DNA from: Macrostomum lignano
Lineage: Eukaryota
Assembly (NCBI GenBank): GCA_002269645.1
Contig: NIVC01004311.1
Location: 1-50,892, forward strand
Direction of reading: 5' to 3'
Length of the DNA: 50,892 nt
Shown here in pieces: positions 36,495 to 48,277 of the stretch; the stretch's first letter is position 1; each line of letters opens with the position of its first letter. The translations under genes were made by a program, and so were the position numbers. Under the pieces are notes generated by a model. The model did no database searches and had not been told where the DNA came from. It worked only from the letters and a program-made list of their open reading frames with translations.

Positions 36495-39400
36495 CTCCTC
36501 ATATCTCCGCCACTGTATATCCCCGACACTTCATATCCCCAACATTTCATATCCCTGACATTTCATATCCCTGACATTTCATATCTCCGACACTTCATAA
36601 CTCCGCCACTGTATATCCCCGACACTTCATATCCCTGACATTTCATATCCCTGACATTTCATATCCCTGACATTTCATATCTCCGACACTTCATATCTCC
36701 GCCACTGTATATCCCCGACACTTCATATCCCTGACATTTCATATCCCTGACATTTCATATCTCCGACACTTCATAACTCCGCCACTGTATATCCCCGACA
36801 CTTCATATCCCTGACATTTCATATCCCTGACATTTCATATCCCTGACATTTCATATCCCTGACATTTCATATCCCTGACATTTCATATCGCCGACACTTC
36901 ATATCCCTGACATTTCATATCCCTGACATTTCATATCCCTGACATTTCATATCGCCGACACTTCATATCCCTGACATTTCATATCCCTGACATTTCATAT
37001 CCCTGACATTTCATATCGCCGACACTTCATATCTCCGCCACTGTATATCCCCGACACTTCATATCCCTGACATTTCATATCCCTGACATTTCATATCCCT
37101 GACATTTCATATCTCCGACACTTCATAACTCCGCCACTGTATATCCCCGACACTTCATATCCCTGACATTTCATATCTCCGACACTTCATATCTCCGCCA
37201 CTGTATATCCCCAACATTTCATATCCCTGACATTTCATATCCCTGACATTTCATATCCCTGACATTTCATATCCCTGACATTTCATATCTCCGACACTTC
37301 ATATCTCCGCCACTGTATATCCCCAACATTTCATATCCCTGACATTTCATATCTCCGACACTTCATATCTCCGCCACTGTATATCCCCGACACTTCATAT
37401 CCCAACATTTCATATCCCTGACATTTCATATCCCTGACATTTCATATCCCTGACATTTCATATCCCTGACATTTCATATCCCTGACATTTCATATCTCCG
37501 CCACTGTATATCCCCGACACTTCATATCCCTGACATTTCATATCCCTGACATTTCATATCCCTGACATTTCATATCTCCGCCACTGTATATCCCCGACAC
37601 TTCATATCCCTGACATTTCATATCTCCGACACTTCATATCTCCGCCACTGTATATCCCCGACACTTCATATCCCAACATTTCATATCCCTGACATTTCAT
37701 ATCCCTGACATTTCATATCCCTGACATTTCATATCTCCGCCACTGTATATCCCCAACATTTCATATCCCTGACATTTCATATCTCCGCCACTGTATATCC
37801 CCGACACTTCATATCCCAACATTTCATATCCCTGACATTTCATATCCCTGACATTTCATATCCCTGACATTTCATATCCCCGACATTTCATATCCCTGAC
37901 ATTTCATATCGTCGCCACTGTATATCCCCAACATTTCATATCCCTGACATTTCATATCCCTGACATTTCATATCCCTGACATTTCATATCTCCGACACTT
38001 CATATCTCCGCCACTGTATATCCCCGACACTTCATATCCCTGACATTTCATATCCCTGACATTTCATATCCCTGACATTTCATATCTCCGACACTTCATA
38101 TCTCCGCCACTGTATATCCCCGACACTTCATATCCCTGACATTTCATATCCCTGACATTTCATATCTCCGCCACTGTATATCCCCGACACTTCATATCCC
38201 CAACATTTCATATCTCCGACACTTCATATCTCCGCCACTGTATATCCCCGACACTTCATATCCCAACATTTCATATCCCTGACATTTCATATCCCTGACA
38301 TTTCATATCCCTGACATTTCATATCTCCGCCACTGTATATCCCCAACATTTCATATCCCTGACATTTCATATCCCCAACATTTCATATCCCTGACATTTC
38401 ATATCTCCGCCACTGTATATCCCCGACACTTCATATCCCTGACATTTCATATCTCCGACACTTCATATCTCCGCCACTGTATATCCCCGACACTTCATAT
38501 CCCTGACATTTCATATCTCCGCCACTGTATATCCCCGACATTTCATATCCCTGACATTTTATATCCCTGACATTTCATATCCCTGACATTTCATATCCCT
38601 GACATTTCATATCCCTGACATTTCATATCGTCGCCACTGTATATCCCCAACATTTCATATCCCTGACATTTCATATCCCCAACATTTCATATCCCTGACA
38701 TTTCATATCTCCGCCACTGTATATCCCCGACACTTCATATCCCTGACATTTCATATCTCCGACACTTCATATCTCCGCCACTGTATATCCCCGACACTTC
38801 ATATCCCAACATTTCATATCCCTGACATTTCATATCCCTGACATTTCATATCCCTGACATTTCATATCCCTGACATTTCATATCGTCGCCACTGTATATC
38901 CCCAACATTTCATATCCCTGACATTTCATATCCCTGACATTTCATATCTCCGACACTTCATATCTCCGCCACTGTATATCCCCGACACTTCATATCCCTG
39001 ACATTTCATATCCCTGACATTTCATATCCCTGACATTTCATATCTCCGACACTTCATAACTCCGCCACTGTATATCCCCGACACTTCATATCCCTGACAT
39101 TTCATATCTCCGACACTGTATATCCCCAACATTTCATATCCCTGACATTTCATATCCCTGACATTTCATATCTCCGACACTTCATATCTCCGCCACTGTA
39201 TATCCCCGACACTTCATATCCCCAACATTTCATATCCCTGACATTTCATATCCCTGACATTTCATATCCCTGACATTTCATATCCCTGACATTTCATATC
39301 CCTGACATTTCATATCGTCGCCACTGTATATCCCCAACATTTCATATCCCTGACATTTCATATCTCCGCCACTATATATCCCCGACACTTCATATCCCTG

Positions 39401-40130
39401 ACATTTCATATCTCCGACACTTCATATCTCCGCCACTGTATATCCCCGACACTTCATATCCCTGACATTTCATATCTCCGCCACTGTATATCCCCGACAC
39501 TGTATATCCCCGACACTTCATATCCCAACATTTCATATCCCTGACATTTCATATCCCTGACATTTCATATCCCTGACATTTCATATCTCCGCCACTGTAT
39601 ATCCCCAACATTTCATATCCCTGACATTTCATATCTCCGCCACTGTATATCCCCGACACTTCATATCCCAACATTTCATATCCCTGACATTTCATATCCC
39701 TGACATTTCATATCCCTGACATTTCATATCCCTGACATTTCATATCCCTGACATTTCATATCGTCGCCACTGTATATCCCCAACATTTCATATCCCTGAC
39801 ATTTCATATCCCTGACATTTCATATCCCTGACATTTCATATCTCCGACACTTCATATCTCCGCCACTGTATATCCCCGACACTTCATATCCCTGACATTT
39901 CATATCCCTGACATTTCATATCCCTGACATTTCATATCTCCGACACTTCATAACTCCGCCACTGTATATCCCCGACACTTCATATCCCTGACATTTCATA
40001 TCTCCGACACTGTATATCCCCAACATTTCATATCCCTGACATTTCATATCCCTGACATTTCATATCTCCGACCCTTCATATCTCCGCCACTGTATATCCC
40101 CGACACTTCATATCCCCAACATTTCATATC
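36495..40130. repeat. 16-bp minisatellite (CATATCCCTGACATTT, CATATCTCCGCCACTG, TATATCCCCGACACTT), about 3.6 kb, LOX intron 3
   Basis: More than 200 units built from three to five interleaved variant 16-mers. Confidence 0.98.
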
Positions 40131-40270
40131 TACAAAACTTCATATCTTCAAGCTTAACCTTAACCCTAACTTAACGTTTCGGGAGTTGTGAAAGAGGCTG
40201 TGTCAGAGATATAAAACCCCTCTTGTCGAGAAACAATGAGGCTATTCTATGAGGCTTAGTGAAACCTTAC

Positions 40271-41041
40271 CGATAGGGGTATCCGGGCAGCACACTTGAA
40301 TCGTACACTCCGCGCGACTCCAGCTCCCGATAAATATTAACGTGCTGATCGAATCGCCAGCCTTTATAAGCCTTCTTCAGCAGCTGCCGGATGCCCTTGC
40401 GGGACAGCTGCATATTCTGGCCAATCCAGCCGCTGTCGTTGAAGAACCAGTCCTTCAGCCGCGAGTTCACCGCTAGCAGGTGTTGAAAATGCGGCGCCAA
40501 AGCCTGATAGATAGGATGCGATTGGGCCAGGTTCTTCCGCATGGCAACGTACACGCCTTCAAGGATCAGATGGTGCATTAGGCGGTGCACAACCAGGTGA
40601 TAGCAGGAATCAGCCAGATTGAACCACAGCTTGGCCTGCAGCCAGGCGTGAGGGCTGTCAGTCGGCATGATGACTGGCGAGGCCGGGCCGACGGTCTGGT
40701 TGAGCTGAATGGCCAGCGGCACCAGCTGTAGCCGCTCAGTCCAAAAAAACAGGGCCATTGGGGAGCAGAACTGCCTGCCGTTCTTGCACTCCACGCCCTC
40801 CATGATGGCGTAGTCAACAATGAACAATCGCCTGGCGTCGAGAATGTGCTGCAGCGTCCAGCCCTCCAGGTGCGGCTTGAGCCATTCGACGGCCACGCCG
40901 AAGTTGTCCGGGATTGCTTTGCACACTCGGACAGCGAACGGGTTGCAGCCGCGGAGGCGCTGAGCGCCGAACACAATGTCGTGCTCCTGCGCCATTGGAG
41001 ACCAGCGCTGCACCGACAGCGGCTCCGTGATACTGTACGTC
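40271..41041 (-). CDS. Lipoxygenase-like protein, exon 3 (catalytic-domain core)
   Basis: TTATCCAG|G acceptor, donor CG|GTAAGG. Contains FGAQRLRGCNP, LFIVDY, PLAIQLNQ, WLQAKLWFNLAD, HRLMHH (H-x4-H), HPIYQALAPHF and YPYR. Confidence 0.95.
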
Positions 41042-41209
41042 CTGGATAAGGCGGGGACGAGATTCTTCAATACTGCATTGTATTGTCAGACATTCGGATT
41101 TTTAATAAAATAAAACGCACTGCGAATTGGTTCAAACCAGCGAGTTTCGACAGCGATGAAGGGCTATTGTTGATGGCGTTAAAGTCAATAAATAGGATTT
41201 TCCGTTAGA

Positions 41210-41590
41210 TTAGACGCTGATTTTTTATGGGATTTGGGATTAGACGCTGCTTTTCTATGGGATTAGAAGCTGCTTTTCTATGGGATTAAAAGGTGATTTT
41301 CGATGGGAATAGAAGCTGCTTTTCTATGGGATTAGAAGCTGCCTTTGTATGGGATTAAAAGGTGATTTTCTATGGGATTAGAAGGCAATTTTCTATGGAT
41401 TTGGATTAGAAGGCGATTTTCCATGGGATTAGAAGGCGATTTTCTATGGGATTAGAAGCTGCTTTTCTATGGGATAAGAAGTTGATTTATCGTGGGATTA
41501 GAAGCCGTTTTTACGAGATTAGAAAACGATTTTCCTTCGGGTTGAAGGGCGATTTTCAAAGAGATTAGAAGGCGATTTTCTATGGAATAT
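41210..41590. repeat. About 23-bp minisatellite (GCTGCTTTTCTATGGGATTAGAA) in LOX intron 2
   Basis: About 16 degenerate direct copies. Confidence 0.9.
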
Positions 41591-41638
41591 CAAGGTTATC
41601 GTTACTAACCCTGCCCAAAGCAATAATAAAAAGCCTAC

Positions 41639-42001
41639 CTATAGTAGTTAACCATATCGTCAAAGCTAGCAAAATGGTCCACACTGGAATAGTGCACATC
41701 CAGACCCTTGCTCATTATAATTTCATCCTTAGTCTTTTCAATCGCCCATCGATTATCGAACGTGAATGTCTCGTCAGCTGGTACACACTGCAGCTCCAGG
41801 GGCAGGCCGGGACCTCGCTGATAGAGTTGGAAATTGTTCCTGCGCTCGGTGAGCTCGGCGATGCGCTCGTCCGGCATGGGGTCGTCGGCCGGCAGGAAGG
41901 ACTCGCAGTCGTGGGAGAAATAGTGCCTGTCCGGGTGGATCCAGCGGTGCACAGGGAAGTAGGAATACAGCCACTTGCCGCCGATGCCCTGGCGCCTGTC
42001 T
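41639..42001 (-). CDS. Lipoxygenase-like protein, exon 2 (end of PLAT domain and linker)
   Basis: CCCTGCAG|A acceptor, donor AG|GTAGGC (both phase 2). Reads ...YFPVHRWIHPD...LPADDPMPDERIAELTERRNNFQ...VPADETF. Confidence 0.9.
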
Positions 42002-42059
42002 CTGCAGGGGTGGGTGATTTGTCCATAGGCTGTTAGATAGTTTTGATGGTATGAGATAT

Positions 42060-43243
42060 GCGACCAGGTGCTAGCAGTGTCCTAATGAAGGACCAGGTGC
42101 TAGCAGTGTCTTAATGAAGGACCAGGTGCTAGCAGTGTCTTAATGAAAGAACAGGTGCTAGCAGTGTCTTAATGAAAGACCAGGTGCTAGCAGTGTCTTA
42201 ATGAAAGACCAGGTGCTAGCAGTGTCATAATGAAAGACCAGGTGCTAGCAGTGTCCTAATGAAGGACCAGGTGCTAGCAGTGTCCTAATGAAGGACCAGG
42301 TGCTAGCTAGCAGTGTCCTAATGAAGGACCAGGTGCTAGCAGTGTCCTAATTAAAGACCAGGTGCTAGCAGTGTCCTAATTAAAGACAGGTGCTAGCAGT
42401 GTCCTAATGAAAGACCAGGTGCTAGCTGTGTCCTAATGAAGGACCAGGTGCTAGCTAGCAGTGTCTTAATGAAGGACCAGGTGCTAGCTGTGTCCTAATG
42501 AAAGACAGGTGCTAGCTGTGTCCTAATGAAAGACAGGTGCTAGTTGCGTCCTAATGAAAGACCAGGTGCTAGCAGTGTCATAATGAAAGACCAGGTGCTA
42601 GCAGTGTCATAATGAAAGACCAGGTGCTAGCAGTGTCCTAATGAAAGACCAGGTGCTAGCAGTGTCATAATGAAGGACCAGGTGCTAGCAGTGTCCTAAT
42701 GAAAGACCAGGTGCTAGCAGTGTCCTAATGAAAGATCAGGTGCTAGCAGTGTCCTAATGAAGGACCAGGTGCTAGCAGTGTCTTAATGAAAGAACAGGTG
42801 CTAGCAGTGTCTTAATGAAAGAACAGGTGCTAGCAGTGTCCTAATGAAAGACCAGGTGCTAGCAGTGTCATAATGAAGGACCAGGTGCTAGCAGTGTCCT
42901 AATGAAAGACCAGGTGCTAGCAGTGTCCTAATGAAAGATCAGGTGCTAGCAGTGTCCTAATGAAGGACCAGGTGCTAGCAGTGTCTTAATGAAAGAACAG
43001 GTGCTAGCAGTGTCTTAATGAAAGAACAGGTGCTAGCAGTGTCTTAATGAAAGAACAGGTGCTAGCAGTGTCTTAATGAAAGACCAGGTGCTAGCAGTGT
43101 CTTAATGAAAGACCAGGTGCTAGCTGTGTCCTAATGAAAGACAGGTGCTAGCTGTGTCCTAATGAAAGACAGGTGCTAGTTGCGTCCTAATGAAGGAACA
43201 GGTGCTAGCAGTGTCCCATAGAAGGACCAAGTGCTAGCAGTGT
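42060..43243. repeat. 29-bp minisatellite (GACCAGGTGCTAGCAGTGTCCTAATGAAA) in LOX intron 1
   Basis: About 40 direct copies with point variants. Confidence 0.97.
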
Positions 43244-43286
43244 TAATTCCATAATTTCTTACAAATAGAATAAAGAAATGCTTTAC

Positions 43287-43585
43287 CTGATAATAACTTT
43301 CTCGCAAAACCAGTCAAACTCCACACCAGACGCATCTCGCCAGAATTCAATTTTGTGCACTTTGCCAAATCCTTTGCGGCACCAGCTGGCTTGCGGTATT
43401 GTGAACTTGTCCCGCACACTGCCGTCCTCCTCTTGAAAGAATGCATTACTAAGTGAGAATGCAGGCGAGACGTTGCCATCCTTGTCGTACATGTGCAGGG
43501 TTACCATTGGCCCCTGGTCTGCTACTTTGTAATCTGAAGTTACTGAGCAGATCTCAAATGCAATCTTAGACGACTTGGAACCCAT
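43287..43585 (-). CDS. Lipoxygenase-like protein, exon 1 (PLAT/LH2 domain); full gene 43585->29330, 689 aa
   Basis: GCGCCATGG start. MGSKSSK fits an N-myristoylation motif; IEFWRD and DWFCEKVII are PLAT motifs. Donor AG|GTAAAG. The six exon lengths (299+363+771+352+164+121 = 2070 nt) join in frame. Confidence 0.88.
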
Positions 43586-44354
43586 GGCGCTGTAGCATAG
43601 ATAGCAATTAGGATAAACAGTTGTAAAATTTTCAATAAACTGTCAAAATTCATAAATCTTATTAAAATTATAGTTTATTACTTTTAGCCTTAATAAAAGA
43701 ATAATAAAGGCTAAGTAGCCACAATAAGAATGAAGTTATTTTAAAGCAAGAGGGTTGTCAGCACCCAAGTGAAACACATTCAATAACATTTTTCCACAAA
43801 CAGCAAAATGTAATGCTGTCAATTCCATGGACCCTTGACCTATATCTATTTTTGGATTCTAAAAATATAAAAACAATATTCAAACATTTAACAATTATTT
43901 TCTGATTCATTTCCAAAGAAAGCTATTTTTGAGTATTGGTAATTCATGGCCTAGCATATTTTCAGAGTCAATTGTGAAATTACTACTTTGTAAAATATTG
44001 ATTGTCAATTTAATGAACTTCTGATGCTCTATTTTTTAAATTAAGTTAATAAACTAAAGTAACAACGCCGCAGCCTTGGGCTAGGCCACAAAATACCAAC
44101 ACCTGCTATTTTTATTCAATATTTGTTTTTTGCAAGCATATTAATAAACCATAGGACCTTTACTATTAGATATTAGTGTGCATGCACTAATCCACTTCTA
44201 CTTAATATTTATTATTGATACTAAATATCTAAAGTTTAGTTCACCATCTATGGTTTTTATTTTGAGGGCAACAGCCTACAAATGTCTTATTGGCCATAAC
44301 TTGACAGTGACAATAAGTATCTAGGATCCATTGGTAGAATCCTTACATACAGCA

Positions 44355-44970
44355 AACTCTGATATGGACATCTACCTGAAAAGGTTTGACCAATTCCTCA
44401 AAAAGGATATTAAAAATGAAGCAAAGATTGCAACACTTGTAACTAAAATTAGAAAAGAGGCATATAAAGTGCTTTCCAATCTGTGCTAGCCAGATGCTAT
44501 GTCTTCAAATTCATACAAAGATCTGGCAAAACTTCTGAAATAGCACTATGCCCCAAAGACTTCTATACTCTCAGCAAGATTTTGGTTCTAACAGTGCATG
44601 TAGAGACCAGGTGAGAAAATCTTTGCTGACTTTATTTTTAGTCTCAAGGCTGCATCCAAGCACTAAAAATTTGACATAGCTGATAAAAAATAAGGCTGAG
44701 GGATCAACTTATCTTCAGTCTTTCAGCAGCAACTTTTACTATGCCAAGCTTCTAGAAATGGAAAAGCCAGACCTGGACTCTAGACTTTGCCTGTAGCTAA
44801 CTTCCACAATTCTTAAAACCTACACTGGTGAGAGTTTCTAGCCAATTGGTAAGATGGAGGTCATAGTCTAGCAAAATGGCCAAGATTGGCAACTGATACT
44901 AGTAGTGTTCAAGTGAAGCAATGTTGCACTGCTTGATTATGACTAGTTAATGGAGCTGAAACTAGACTGC
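44355..44970 (+). mobile_element. Heavily decayed Ty3/gypsy-type LTR retrotransposon gag-protease relic
   Basis: Stop-riddled translation resembling gypsy gag and aspartic-protease flank: YLKRFDQFL...EAYKVLSNLC*P...SYKDLAKLLK*HYAPK...ARF...*RPGE, RDQLIF, LKTYTGES..PIGKMEVIV..NGQ...ALLDYD*LMELKL. Confidence 0.7.
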
Positions 44971-45440
44971 CAAATATCCTTAGGCAAGTCAACTCAATAG
45001 CTGGTGAAGCAGGCAACTGGCTAATATATTTCCCCAAGATCTTCTACATGTAAGGATACAATATACATTTAGTCTTTAAAATGTTGCATAAGCTAAGGCT
45101 ATCATATCTTATATTTTATTGCTATATAATTTCTTTCCCTACTTGAATTTGGGTGTACAAACTGGAATGATACTATAGAACTACTTCTCACAAAACAACA
45201 AAAGCTTGATTGCTTTTTTTAGCCAAAACCCTTGTCAGAACAAACTCAAAAATCTTTAAAACACCAGCAACTAGGCTCTAGGCCAATTATAATATCATTG
45301 CCTTTGCAGCAGGCATCTAACCTAGACATACTATGTCAGGTCAGGCAACAAGTGAAGCCTAGTTTGAGCTCCTTGCCCTGAACTATGTACACTATGTACA
45401 CTTCAGGTTGAACCTAAAAATTCTATATGCCAAGTATATA

Positions 45441-46230
45441 CGGCCCATTCCATATAAGATGGACATATTTAGAAAATAGAAAAAAGTCAATCTTTTTGCT
45501 TGTCATTGCCTTATCAGCCAATTTTTTTACCAAATCTTTTTTGTATGTAATATATACAATCTAAGAAAAAATAAATGATAAAATGTTGGATTAGTATGTT
45601 ATCAATTGGCAAAAAGTTATTTTTGTAAAAAATTGGACATTTTCTAAGCAAAAGACATCATTAAGTTTATGTACCTTTTAAAAACAAATAGAAAGCTTTA
45701 GAAGGTTAAAACAAACTATTTATAAAATTATAGTACTTGCATCATCAGGTAAAAACATTAGCAACCATATAATCTATTATATTTTTAATACATTAGTACT
45801 TCAAAGTTACTGAATTGACAGAAAAAAAATATGTTACGACCATAATGTTACGACCATAAGGCTGCCTTTTCTTTTGTATCTTTTTTGCCTTTTTGAGTTT
45901 ATATTTTCTAATAAAAGAGTATGATTTCTAAAGATGTTCTTAGTCAAATTTAAAAAAAATTATTGCAAAATATCAAAAATGAAAAATGTTATAAGACTTT
46001 TACCTTTTAGTTTCTATATGTCAAAAATCCTGTTGTTACGACCATAAGTGCCATTCAAGGGTTAATAGCATCTATACTAATGATGATATCTATATGAAAC
46101 TTTATAAATATATTCTTGACAAAATAATCTTTCATTCAAAATATTGGTTTAGTATATTCTATTATTAGATTTCATTTTATAAGTAAAAATAGTCTGTCAT
46201 GTTACGACCATAATTATATGGAATGGCCCA
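45441..46230. mobile_element. MITE with about 17-bp terminal inverted repeats flanked by TA (Tc1/mariner/pogo-type signature)
   Basis: Left end TA|CGGCCCATTCCATATAA, right end TTATATGGAATGGCCCA|TA. Four internal copies of TGTTACGACCATAA; non-coding. Confidence 0.7.
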
Positions 46231-48277
46231 TACCAAGATTGTCAGTGGGAGGCAAAAATACTGGTAAGATGGAATTTTTTGGCATTAAGGCCACTGGCCA
46301 TCTTCCAGACTATGGTTTTTAGCCTGTCAAAAAAAGGAGAAAATAAAGAGACTTTAAAACCACTTTTAGACACTAGCAGTTATCTTGGAAAACTTTTCTA
46401 TGCTACCCTATTATTACCAATATATCATTATTATTGCTACAACCTAACCACCTCAATGGCCAACAAGATGAACAGATAGTTTAACTTCATTATAGCAAAA
46501 GTAAAGGTTTGGGTACAAAGGGGAAAGAAGATATAGTTGATATTTTCTACATAAAAATATATGCATAACTTATAATTAGGATATTATAACCTTGTTATTT
46601 CAACTAACTAATAAAAATGCTTTTTAAAATATAAATAAAAAATAGGAGAATAAGGAGACAAAGTCCAAAATAAGGAAAAACAAATATGATAAGAATAAGA
46701 AGACTGTCAACACCCTATATGACTTGCCAAAGGGTGTAAAAGCAGCTTAAATCAGCTTAGTTAAATTAAAAAGGTTTCTTTACTTACAGATAAATAAAAA
46801 ATGCAAGGCATTTATCCTATATAGTCATAGAATAGAATAAAAAGCAAATATAGGCCTATATTATTATTATTAGTACTATAAGGTTAGTAAGAAGAAAAAA
46901 TATCATGAAATAAAATCTTTTTGTTAGGTCTAAAAGATAATATTTGGCCTATTTATTTTTTAATATTAGGTATCAGCTTAGCAAGCATTTTCTTGGCATG
47001 GATTTGCCAAATATTAGGCCTAGCTCCATTGGCAACCTTAGCAGCATCTATGGTATAGCTCTCTTGGAATACTACAGAAACTAAATTATTCTTGCATGGC
47101 CTAAATAGAAAACTATAATGTCAACATATTTGACAAATCTGCTTAACATTTTTGCCTTATATTGCAAGTCTCAAAAATTGCTTACAACTGATAGATTCTA
47201 GCACATATAGTGGCATTCAAATAAGAGTGGCACTAGTAGGATATTCAATGACCTCTAAAAATGCCCTTGTTAATCTCACCCACATAGTCCAAATCATGCT
47301 AGATGCATATGTGGTAGGCGAGGCTGCTATGTGTCTTTCTTGTCTCACTCAGGGTAACCCTTTTCTTCCCAGTGGCTCATGAGAGCCTATTTAAGAGTCT
47401 GCACCCCACCTTTCCTAGCCAGACTCTTGTGTCTTTACCCAACTCTTATGTGGCTTTTCCCAACTCTCAAGTGGCTTTACCCAACTCTTGTGTGGAACCA
47501 CCTGACTCTTGTAGTACTGTCCATCTCCAGTACATCTCTAGCCTAATACAAGTCGCCCCTACTTGTAAGCCTAGCATCCCAACCCAACCAGCTCTTTGTC
47601 CAACCCATCAATTTAAGTTGCTACTAATTTGACAATAGTGAACTTGCTTATAGTTGCGTGTGCTCGAACTTTGTGTTGGTACAATAATAATATTTACTCA
47701 GTTTTTAGCCCTTTAATATGCCAGCAAATTTAACCTTGTGTTGAAATGGTGTCTTAGCCTTCATGACCTTGGAAGCTTTATTTGACCCTTAGTGGGCTCA
47801 AGAGAAGTCTTAAAGCAAACTTGAGCTAGTTTTGAGCTTTAGAGCTTTTACTGCATATAACTGCAATGGTGGCAGCGAACTACTACTATAGTAGCAGAGT
47901 AACACTCCTGACAAATTAGCTTATTTTGAAGTTTTTCATATTGGCTACGAATTTCTACATTTGGCATTCTGATTGTTGGCAAAACTAGACTGCTCAGCCA
48001 CGACCATAGCTACCTCCCTGAGCCTGAGGAACTCAGCAGCCAGAGCTCCCCATTATCTGCAAGCCAAGATCTTTGCTTAAGTTTGTTTAAATTGTCAAAA
48101 CCACACCAATTTGAATGGCTGAAACAAATGAATTAACCAGAACCCATGTGGGACCTAACCGCCAAAGCCCCTTGACCTCATATGCTTAAATAGAAATTGA
48201 ATAATTACAAATGCACATAAAAAGGTGAATACGAATTTTGTATTGGTAAAATTAATAAAATTGGTAAAATTGACGAT

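Noticed and set aside
46900-47640. Possible further transposon coding relic in the AT-rich region
   Set aside because: All frames are stop-riddled and I could not recognise a diagnostic motif.
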